Positions 25,422-32,999 of a stretch of DNA of 42,868 nt are shown here, in pieces. A program made the translations under genes and the position numbers. The stretch is from a virus. The stretch lies in IMG/VR virus record IMGVR_UViG_3300010331_000021, positions 1 to 42,868 of that record; one strand, written 5' to 3'. The notes beneath the pieces were generated by a model. It did not search any database, was not told the DNA's origin, and was given only the letters and a program-made list of their open reading frames with translations. Each line of letters begins with the position of its first letter. Position 1 is the stretch's first letter.

Positions 25422-27188
25422 CTAAACGCCTAATAGCCTTCTGTCCCCAACTTTTATGGCCTGAAGTACCTTTATTTCTTTAATGTCGATCGTAAATTGA
25501 GCCACACAGTCAGGCGCATCATCGTGTTCCGAGAAATCCTGTCCGGAGAACTCCAAGACTTGATCACAGAACGCCTTATCTTCCTCGTTGAAGATCACTT
25601 GGCCAGTATTAACGCCCTGGATGATCGTGCCGATCTTCTCGTCTTTGTTTTGGCGTTGCATGGCGTTGAGATATTCAACCTTTCGGTACTTCAGCTCCGG
25701 TTCTAGTAGTGCCAGCTCTTTGATCTTGCTAACATCAGCTCCGGAGTAAAGATTCTTCTCAACACTGACGTGGGTTATGTCCGGATACAACAACAACAAC
25801 CCAACAACCTTCTTGCAGAAGTCATCAAAGCATAGTTTTGCGAGGATTCCCTTTCGGACGTATTTAAAGCCGTTAACGGCCGTGGATCCAACCAGTAAAG
25901 CAGAGTAATCCGACTTGATGGTTACGCTTGAAGCCGGGTCGCATACCAGCATGGTCTTTGTGAACTCGTGATCCTCAATTTCCTCCGCCGTTTGGGTCCT
26001 CATGGACTTGAACCACTTCTCACCGATCTTACTGGCGTCGTTGAGCATCTCCTGGGCGAAGGCCGTGGGGTTATTGTAATAATCAATGGCTAGATCAAGG
26101 CAGTCATATTTATCCGGCCAGATCGTCGTGTACTGCATGTCCACTTGATGCTGATAATAAAACTCTTTGGCATCAGCAACAGGATCTTGCCGTTTGTCGT
26201 CAAAATATATTTCTTTGAACTGTTTCCATAGCGGTCCTTCGTTGAAGAACTCGCTGACATCAAAGTCAACGGCCCTTTTAAGAATGTGCTTATAATCTCG
26301 ATCCTTGAGTAATTGAGACATGAAGCAATTCTTGTGTAAGATCGTTCCAATCACGATAAACTTCGTGGCAGGCTTTATCTTTACGCCTTTACGGTATACC
26401 GCTTTATCCCCGGCGTAAGCACTATCCTCCGCCCAGGTGTCATATTTCTTTTTACGACTGGCCTCAGTGATGATGTCCGCCCTGGACTGATAGTCATCCG
26501 CAATAATGCAAGACGGCCTACTATCGCCATATTTCTTACCACGCATTGAGCTAGTAGAAGAGATGGCCTGAATCTTTGTTTTGTTTGTAAGTTCAAGCTC
26601 CAGCTTGTTGACCGTGAAGTCGTTAGGCCGGATCAGCTTCCCGAATGCCGCGATAATGTATTGGTTTTCCTCGAAAGCCTGCCGAGTTTGACTTATGAAA
26701 GCGACCGAATCGCCCTCTGTCCGCCCAGCAACTAGCGTGTATTTGCTTTTCTTGTAAGCATGGATCCACACCGACAAAGCAAAGTCGAGGACAGTAGTTT
26801 TTGCCACTCCACGAGGAAGGACTGCTTCCAGTTTGTCATGAAGGTCCTGGATAAACATCCGATCTAGTTCTTCCCAGATCTCTATATGGACCGGCGCGAG
26901 TTCTCGCGCTGTGTTGTCCGGCTTCGGCAGGAAGGTGTCTTGGAGGAAGTACCTGCAGAAAAATGGAATGCTCAGGGCACCGATGCTGTGCGCTAATCCC
27001 TCAAAGCCGAAGAGGTTACTAATATTTTTTAATATCAACGCCTCTGTTGAGGTCTCTGCTTCTTTGGGGCTCGCGCCACTCGCAATAAACTGGCCATAGA
27101 TCGCTCCATACAAAAGCTGTCTGTTTTGTTGCTCTTCCTCTTCCGTGGTTTCTAACCTTTGCTGAGGCGCTTGTGTTTTAGCCATCAA
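25422..27188 (-). CDS. terL: Terminase large subunit. The likely start is the ATG at 27185.
   Basis: Walker A-like LPRGVAKTT and Walker B-like CIIADDY, plus a C-terminal nuclease-like region. Confidence 0.9.
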   Translation of the reverse strand: MMAKTQAPQQRLETTEEEEQQNRQLLYGAIYGQFIASGASPKEAETSTEALILKNISNLFGFEGLAHSIGALSIPFFCRYFLQDTFLPKPDNTARELAPVHIEIWEELDRMFIQDLHDKLEAVLPRGVAKTTVLDFALSVWIHAYKKSKYTLVAGRTEGDSVAFISQTRQAFEENQYIIAAFGKLIRPNDFTVNKLELELTNKTKIQAISSTSSMRGKKYGDSRPSCIIADDYQSRADIITEASRKKKYDTWAEDSAYAGDKAVYRKGVKIKPATKFIVIGTILHKNCFMSQLLKDRDYKHILKRAVDFDVSEFFNEGPLWKQFKEIYFDDKRQDPVADAKEFYYQHQVDMQYTTIWPDKYDCLDLAIDYYNNPTAFAQEMLNDASKIGEKWFKSMRTQTAEEIEDHEFTKTMLVCDPASSVTIKSDYSALLVGSTAVNGFKYVRKGILAKLCFDDFCKKVVGLLLLYPDITHVSVEKNLYSGADVSKIKELALLEPELKYRKVEYLNAMQRQNKDEKIGTIIQGVNTGQVIFNEEDKAFCDQVLEFSGQDFSEHDDAPDCVAQFTIDIKEIKVLQAIKVGDRRLLGV

Positions 27189-27358
27189 TCACACCGAGGC
27201 GGACGGTAGAGGTTAGTCTTTGCGGGTGCCATAGTCGTCGGCCTACCAATCGCCGACCTGACGGGCCTTTCATCGGGATCCAGCTCGTCACAGTCATAAT
27301 ACTCATCGATCTCTTCTAACTCGTCTCGTATTTCCTCTTTTGTCATATCTGGCACCAT
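27185..27358 (-). CDS. 57-aa protein with a very acidic N-half and a basic/Pro-rich tail
   Basis: Own translation: MVPDMTKEEIRDELEEIDEYYDCDELDPDERPVRSAIGRPTTMAPAKTNLYRPPRCD. AAGGAGTGA lies 6 nt upstream. Its stop overlaps the terL ATG by 1 nt. Confidence 0.5.
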   Translation of the reverse strand: MVPDMTKEEIRDELEEIDEYYDCDELDPDERPVRSAIGRPTTMAPAKTNLYRPPRCD

Positions 27359-27394
27359 AAGCTTTCACTCCTTCATTTCAGGCATAACTTACTC

Positions 27395-27760
27395 CTAGTT
27401 ACCATAGTCAATCTTCTTTAATTGACCATTTATATATCCCCAGTTGCTTGGTTTGAAGTCGGATAAAAGGAATTCAACTAGCTCATCATCTTTGTATTTC
27501 TCTTCTAAAACTTCCATGGTATCTAGCCAATTAGTATCATTACCCAACACTTCGGCTCTCTCCATGATTAAAACGAAACCGAGTTTTCCGCAAAAACTAA
27601 CTCTTGCTAAATCAGGATGATTGCCGGACCAAAGCTTCTCTTGAAGGTTAGCTAGTAAACCATTTAAGAATAAATCATATTGTTTAAATGTCGGTATTTT
27701 TAGGACAAACTTTTTAAATACAAATACTATCCTAGTCGCCCCACGTTCAATCTGGAACAC
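27395..27760 (-). CDS. Minimal protein-kinase-like protein, 121 aa (function is inference)
   Basis: GTG start with AAGGAGTGA 9 nt upstream. Motif order is ERGATRIVF, VLKIP, LIMERAE, SDFKPSNWG (D-x-K-x-x-N), then KIDYG 17 residues later. Confidence 0.55.
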   Translation of the reverse strand: MFQIERGATRIVFVFKKFVLKIPTFKQYDLFLNGLLANLQEKLWSGNHPDLARVSFCGKLGFVLIMERAEVLGNDTNWLDTMEVLEEKYKDDELVEFLLSDFKPSNWGYINGQLKKIDYGN

Positions 27761-27776
27761 TGATAGGCTTCACTCC

Positions 27777-28319
27777 TTATTTCACTCTCACGCTCGACGC
27801 GGCATACTCGTCTTGAACCCATCGAGGAAGAACCTCGTCAAGCTGTTTTCTAAAGATCAGATATAAATTAAGTGATATCCGGTTAGAGCCGAAGAAGTAG
27901 ATCGGGTTAACATAATACTGAGTGATCTTCTCACCACCCAGCAAGACGGTTACCCTGGCAATCATACTCACCTTGATCATGCTCCGCACAAAGTCTCTGG
28001 CCTGATATGCTTTCAATCCAACAAGCACACCGATCTGCTCATCGGTATAAGCCTTCACCCCACCACTACCCCGATAACCTAGCATATTGGTATTGCTCCA
28101 CATATGCTTTGCCAGTGTCGCCATCTGCCCGCGTTCCTTCATGGTCATGCCCTCTGGAAAGTCTACATCCACAAATGACTTGGCGAAGTTCTTACGTGCC
28201 CAAAACAAATAACCCTTCTCGTCATGGAACGCGGCTGCTATATGCTGAACCTTCTCACTCGTCATCTCCCCAGTATCCGGATTAATAATCTGAGTAACTT
28301 TTATAAGACTGTTGCTCAT
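27777..28319 (-). CDS. Winged-helix-like DNA-binding protein (RepL / replisome-organizer-N-like pattern, or a second TerS-like protein)
   Basis: 180 aa. AYTDEQIGVLVGLKAYQARDFVRSMIKVSMIARV and QYYVNPIYFFGS resemble wHTH replication/packaging DNA-binding domains. This is motif-level inference only. Confidence 0.5.
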   Translation of the reverse strand: MSNSLIKVTQIINPDTGEMTSEKVQHIAAAFHDEKGYLFWARKNFAKSFVDVDFPEGMTMKERGQMATLAKHMWSNTNMLGYRGSGGVKAYTDEQIGVLVGLKAYQARDFVRSMIKVSMIARVTVLLGGEKITQYYVNPIYFFGSNRISLNLYLIFRKQLDEVLPRWVQDEYAASSVRVK

Positions 28320-28877
28320 GGAAACCGCGTTCCCTTCCAGTTGGTTTTTGTGCCCATTTAGACCCTCAAATCAGTCGAAAAACCAACGGCCAAATATGGC
28401 CTAAACCCTTGGTAGTAACAGAGCGTAGCGAATTGACCATGTAAAGATACATAAGTACTAACGTTACAAGTCTGCACGGTTTCCTGCCATGGGGCCTTTA
28501 AGAGGGGCAAAAGTTTTGAGGAGAATTAAAAGTTTTTCTGGAAATTGTAAAAATAATTGTTGAGGCGACCGCCACGCTCTCAGGAGAAATCAGAAAAAGA
28601 AGACCACCCCCTAATGCTTTTTAGCGATTGGGTCCCATAATAGGTACTATGACAAGTAAAGTACTAATTGGTGCAACCTCTATAAGCCTAGTGTCAGTAA
28701 GGTTACAGCCAATCAGCGTATATTATGCGTAAGTAGTAAGCTGTAATTATGCGCCAATGTCCACGACTAGTGTACGTTATTGTTTGTGATCGACAGACAA
28801 CTCACACTCGGGCAGTAGTCAGCCGCTGAAATCCTGATAGGTTAAGAATTCAGTAACCAGACAGGAGCCAAGCTGTA
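28320..28877. other. 558-nt non-coding region, the largest in the window, between terS and the wHTH gene
   Basis: TAA, TAG and TGA occur repeatedly in all three minus-strand frames (checked by hand). No ORF of 60 aa or more appears on either strand in the track. Confidence 0.7.
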
Positions 28878-29396
28878 TTAGATATCAATGACCTCTGGTT
28901 TGTTTAATTGCCTACACTGCTTAAAGGTTTTTTGTATCTCCTCTAGCATGGGTACCTTGACCTCAATCGTTTTCTCCACCTCGTGCTTGTCTCTCCACTC
29001 TAACTTCTTCCTGTTCTTCAACCAGAAGATCATTGATGTCGGATCAGCGAGCACCTCTTTAGTGACTCGCTTTGTCTCGACCATCTCATAACCAACGATC
29101 GTTACATGATCCCATTTGTCATAAATGGGCAATCTCTCACGGGTTATCTCGTCATATCTAAAACCCTGTGTTCGCTTGAACAGAGCGTTCTCAACCATTA
29201 TGTCGGCTTCTTCTTTTCCCCTTTTTAAGGCAGACCGGAAAGACGGATATCTTTTCTTATAATCCTTTAACGTTGTAGTACCTATTCCCAAATTATGGGC
29301 TATGTCTGCTTCTATCAGGCCATCTCTACACCAGGCCTCAACGAGCACTAATTTACTTTGTACTTGTGGCCATTTGCTTACTGCCATATGGGCCAC
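28878..29396 (-). CDS. terS: Terminase small subunit. The likely start is the ATG at 29387.
   Basis: An HTH (DIAHNLGIGTTTLKDYKKRYPSF) is followed by ALKRGKEEADIMVENALFKR...MIFWLKNRKKLEWRDK, a pattern typical of Firmicutes phage TerS. Confidence 0.75.
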   Translation of the reverse strand: MAHMAVSKWPQVQSKLVLVEAWCRDGLIEADIAHNLGIGTTTLKDYKKRYPSFRSALKRGKEEADIMVENALFKRTQGFRYDEITRERLPIYDKWDHVTIVGYEMVETKRVTKEVLADPTSMIFWLKNRKKLEWRDKHEVEKTIEVKVPMLEEIQKTFKQCRQLNKPEVIDI

Positions 29397-29399
29397 CTC

Positions 29400-29522
29400 C
29401 TAACCTAGGAACTTTACTTGAGCGCATTCCGGACACTTTGCCCTCTCCTGATATGAGAAGTAGTTCTTTTTACAGATCGGGCACCGGAACAGGATTAGCT
29501 GGATTCTCATTTTCTTAGACAT
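29400..29522 (-). CDS. 40-aa zinc-ribbon protein
   Basis: Own translation: MSKKMRIQLILFRCPICKKNYFSYQERAKCPECAQVKFLG. AAGGAGG lies 6 nt upstream. Confidence 0.5.
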   Translation of the reverse strand: MSKKMRIQLILFRCPICKKNYFSYQERAKCPECAQVKFLG

Positions 29523-29540
29523 GGCGACCTCCTTTTGAGC

Positions 29541-29566
29541 AAAAGGAAAAGAGCCTTTTGGCTCTT
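29541..29566 (-). terminator. Rho-independent terminator in the leader of the late operon
   Basis: The minus strand reads AAGAGCC-AAAA-GGCTCTT followed by TTCCTTTTG. It ends about 15 nt before the RBS of the zinc-ribbon gene. Confidence 0.6.
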
Positions 29567-29645
29567 CAAAAAAGTATCCCTCACTATTAGGTGCAAATCG
29601 TAAGACAAAACAACGTTTTTATTTTCAGGTACCCGACTGGTACCC

Positions 29646-30167
29646 CTAAAATATTGCAGGTTGAACAGGCTTTTTGAAGATAATTCCGCTATCAGTCAAA
29701 TCCTCGACCATATGATATATTTTATCTTCTGCCCTTCTGACCAGTAGCTGGACCGTTCCCTTTTGGATTTTCATGATATTCGCTGCCACTCCGAACGAAT
29801 AACCACTGCCCCTGACAAATGAGTATGCTTCGCGTTCTTTGGCGCTCAGGACCTTTAAGACTATCCCTAAATCTTTGATTGCTTTTTGCGTCTGCTCGCT
29901 GATCTCTGGAGGATGGCTTTGTATTGCGACTGCCCTAACAAAAGCAACACTCTGCGGATCCATGGGAACTTCCCGTCGAAGAGAGCTCAATCTCGTTATT
30001 CCTCGATAGCTGTCCGGGTTTTTACCCATCTCCATAAATCTGATTGAGTATCCAAGACTGTCCGCACAACTAGCAAGCAAAGATCTGTCCTCTCTGCCGG
30101 TGGCCACTGTTCTTGCTTTATTAACACTCCGTAAAGCAACTCGGTATTCCCTGATTAACCTTTTCAC
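29646..30167 (-). CDS. Sigma-70 region-4-like late transcription regulator (Xpf/positive-control-factor-like)
   Basis: 173 aa. LSAKEREAYSFVRGSGYSFGVAANIMKIQKGTVQLLVRRAEDKI is a region-4-type HTH. It is the last gene before the packaging genes. Confidence 0.65.
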   Translation of the reverse strand: MKRLIREYRVALRSVNKARTVATGREDRSLLASCADSLGYSIRFMEMGKNPDSYRGITRLSSLRREVPMDPQSVAFVRAVAIQSHPPEISEQTQKAIKDLGIVLKVLSAKEREAYSFVRGSGYSFGVAANIMKIQKGTVQLLVRRAEDKIYHMVEDLTDSGIIFKKPVQPAIF

Positions 30168-30188
30168 GACTGGCCACCTCCAAAATAT

Positions 30189-30410
30189 TTAAGTCAGATA
30201 TTTATCTGGGTACTTAACATTTAGCGCATAGATCGCTACCACGACGAAGAAAATTGCATCAGCCACATTATTTGTGTAAAAAGCGACCATGCCGAAGGCG
30301 CACAAGACTCCGGCTGATACATTTAGAATCAGATTTACTAGAACCTCAAATTTAGGCATCATTTTCCCCCTCCGTCGTCCACGATCGGCATTGACAAGTA
30401 GATATCCCAT
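30189..30410 (-). CDS. Small membrane protein with two TM segments
   Basis: 73 aa with hydrophobic segments LILNVSAGVLCAFGMVAFY and IFFVVVAIYAL. Confidence 0.55.
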   Translation of the reverse strand: MGYLLVNADRGRRRGKMMPKFEVLVNLILNVSAGVLCAFGMVAFYTNNVADAIFFVVVAIYALNVKYPDKYLT

Positions 30411-30434
30411 AGCATTTTGAGCCTTAGTTTAATC

Positions 30435-30626
30435 TCAGCCTCGCTCATGGCATTCACCCCAGGCAATACAATCCTCTGAACACTTATCCATTGCAAAAAC
30501 GAAAGGGCAGTTGACCATTACCTCGACTCGGCTTGAATGGCTAGAATTCACCATGATGATGCATAACAGGTACCCAGCGATGGTTCCGATAAATCCTCCG
30601 ACTCCTAAGTACAATGCTTGAGTCAT
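30435..30626 (-). CDS. Small membrane protein with a Cys-rich tail
   Basis: 63 aa with TM segment LGVGGFIGTIAGYLLCIIMV and tail KCSEDCIAWGECH. Confidence 0.55.
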   Translation of the reverse strand: MTQALYLGVGGFIGTIAGYLLCIIMVNSSHSSRVEVMVNCPFVFAMDKCSEDCIAWGECHERG

Positions 30627-31048
30627 ACCTTCGCTCCTTTCGGTTTCCAGTTGCGAAGGTCATTGCATGTATCGCATGGGTCACTGCCTAGTTTGACTAG
30701 ATCTTCCTCGTGCATAAAGGAGTATAAACACTTCTGGCATTCCGCTGCCTCTTGCAACGGCCTTTCCTTTTCTACATTCAGCAAATTTCCACTAAGCCTA
30801 CACATCTTTTGACACTTCACTGCATCAACCTCATAAGTTCCGATGCCTAGACCCATTTTCATCTGGTCAAGCATGATCTCAACATTGGCAATCTCCTCGG
30901 TGATATGCTCGAGGTTCCCTTGGCCAAGGATATATTTGCAAAGTTCTTTTTGCAGTTCAGATAATTCCTCTACACACTTGACCATCTGCTTTTCGAGTCC
31001 GTATCCCTTCAATGCCAGTTTATATATCACGTGTTCTTGTGCTGTCAT
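30623..31048 (-). CDS. MazG-like nucleotide pyrophosphohydrolase domain with a Cys-rich C-terminal extension
   Basis: EELSELQKELCK...EEIANVEIMLDQ fits the EExxE...EExxD MazG pattern. The C-terminal part carries CQKMC...ECQKC...CDTC. Confidence 0.6.
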   Translation of the reverse strand: MTAQEHVIYKLALKGYGLEKQMVKCVEELSELQKELCKYILGQGNLEHITEEIANVEIMLDQMKMGLGIGTYEVDAVKCQKMCRLSGNLLNVEKERPLQEAAECQKCLYSFMHEEDLVKLGSDPCDTCNDLRNWKPKGAKV

Positions 31049-32431
31049 TCCTGTTCACTCCTTACTTCTTCAATTCTTGCTTTCACTGCATCCATCAAGG
31101 CGTCTTGCCCCGCGGCTTTCTGCGCGATGGCTTCCACCACGTCCTCGTCAATTGTGCCCTCTGCCACGAGTCGCATGACCATGATTCGCCGCGTTTGCCC
31201 TTGCCTATGTACTCTGGCATTCGCTTGCTGGTCCTCTTCAAGGCTCCACGTCATGTCTAGCCAAACGACCAGTTGACAGCTCGACTCTTGAAGATTCAGA
31301 CCATGACCGGCTGATTTCGGATGTAATAAAAGCAGTGGTATTTTATCGTTGTTCCAGTCCTCTATGTCCTGGCTTCCGTCTTTTCCTTTTCTCAGGATCT
31401 TTGCCTGTGGGAATCGTTCTTGGATCCGCGCTAAGGAGTGTTTGAAGTTGTAAAAAACCATGACCGGCTTCCCGTTTGCGCCCTCGATGATATCCTCCAG
31501 CGCGTCCAGCTTTGCATCGTGGATCTGCTTGACTCCTCGCTCCTCGTCGTAGACTGCTCCGGAGGCCATTTGCAGTAACTTGTTTGACAGCACGGCTGCA
31601 GTCACAGCGACGACATCTGCATCCAAGTATGGGAGTAACATGTCTTTCTCTAGCTTTTTGTATAACTCCCGCGCCGGGTCTGATAATTTGATTGGCACGA
31701 CTCGATCAATTCTCTCGGGCAACTCTAGCCAATCCTCTGACTTCATGCTTACAGCGATATCTGAAATGGCCTCGTAGATCCGCTGCTCTGCCTCTTGCTT
31801 TTCCTTCCACTCGTAAACCACGTGACCACTTCGGGCGCCTGCGGTAAAGTACCGGTCCCTGTAGCTGGTGATCGTCTTGCCAAGGCGTTGTCCTTGATCC
31901 AGTAGGTAAATCTCTGGCCATAAGTCCATCAAGCCATTGGGTGCCGGTGTGCCGGTCAACCCGATCACCCTCTTCATCATGGGCCGTACCCGACGCAACG
32001 CTCGGAATCGTTTAGACTGACCATTCTTGAAACTGGATAACTCGTCGATCACAACGGTGTCGAAGTTCCATGCGGTGCCCAGCTCACCAACAAGCCATTC
32101 AACATTCTCTCTGTTGATCACCCATATATCAGCATCAGCCTTTAAAGCTTTTCTCCTGGTGGCAGCACTCCCTAACACTTTACTGATCCGTAGGTGCTGT
32201 AGATGATCCCATTTCTCAGCCTCGCGGGCCCAGGTGTCATCGGCTACCCTCAGCGGCGCAATGACCAGGACTCGGGTTGCATCGTAATAATCGTTTAACA
32301 GGAGGTCGATCGCGGTTAGAGTGCTCACGGTTTTGCTAACCGAGGCCCATCTCTAACAGTAACGCGATATATGGCGTGTCTAGGATTCTGTTCGTGGCAT
32401 ACTCTTGGTACTGGTGTGGGATGAACTTCAT
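31045..32431 (-). pseudogene. SNF2-family helicase interrupted in motif I (Walker A) by a TAG stop plus a frameshift
   Basis: An N-terminal 31-codon fragment (32431-32339, MKFIPHQYQEYATNRILDTPYIALLLEMGLG) ends at TAG (32338-32336). The rest (31045..32328) is in the +1 frame and carries VVIDELSSF (II), LTGTPAPN (III) and QANARVHRQGQ (VI). Confidence 0.8.
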
Positions 32432-32718
32432 TTCGGCATCACCTCGATTATAAATTGGTCAATGTCTTCATGGGAGTCGATCTTGTAAACGCGATGGTCC
32501 ATGCCCCTCAAGATCTTAGCCCACCACTTCTGAAGTGGCTTCAAAGGTTTACCTGGTGCTTTCAGTTCGACGTATATCGTTCGTCCGCCTGGGAGTAATA
32601 CGATCCGGTCGGGAACTCCTCGGGTACCAGGTGACGTCCATTTTGGCGCTCGACCTCCGATCCGTTTTACTTCCCGAACGAACCGACTTTCAAGTTCTGA
32701 CTCTAACAACTTAATCAC
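32428..32718 (-). CDS. VRR-NUC domain nuclease
   Basis: 96 aa. GVPDRIVLLPGGRTIYVELKAPG carries the D...E-x-K signature. There is an ATGA overlap with the SNF2 start. Confidence 0.8.
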   Translation of the reverse strand: MIKLLESELESRFVREVKRIGGRAPKWTSPGTRGVPDRIVLLPGGRTIYVELKAPGKPLKPLQKWWAKILRGMDHRVYKIDSHEDIDQFIIEVMPK

Positions 32719-32777
32719 CTCTCAGAATGTTTGTTCCAATGTTGCTCACATACACGTGATGTGGCGAAATACGCGTT

Positions 32778-32999
32778 AGCATAGGGGCTATACATATACG
32801 TCTTTTAATATCCCTATGCTACTTACTAATTATCTTTAATAGGGATTTCACTGCAACATTAGCAACAGTAGGCCCTAAAGCCTTGCCCCATCTAGCTTTT
32901 AGGTGTTGCAGTGAAATAATTCTATCTGCAACTTCACTGCAACATAGGCAACACTTTACTGTTGCAGTCGTTGCAGTGACTTGCATCATACTGCAACAC
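32778..32999. repeat. Iteron-like array (candidate replication origin or regulatory array)
   Basis: The core CTGCAAC/GTTGCAG occurs 7 times. Direct copies start at about 32849, 32926, 32935 and 32990. Inverted copies start at 32905, 32961 and 32970. Flanking inverted repeats are AGCATAGGG/CCCTATGCT (32778-86/32812-20) and ATCCCTAT/ATAGGGAT (32810-17/32840-47), around an AT-rich stretch. Confidence 0.6.

Noticed and set aside
28320-28877. A hidden protein-coding gene in the 558-nt gap.
   Set aside because: Hand translation of the minus strand shows all three stop codons recurring in every frame. The track lists no ORF of 60 aa or more on either strand.
32336-32338. The in-frame TAG in the SNF2 gene might be stop-codon reassignment or read-through (an alternative genetic code).
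   Set aside because: The downstream helicase sequence is in a different (+1) frame, so read-through alone cannot restore the protein. TAG, TAA and TGA all terminate well-supported genes elsewhere in the window.
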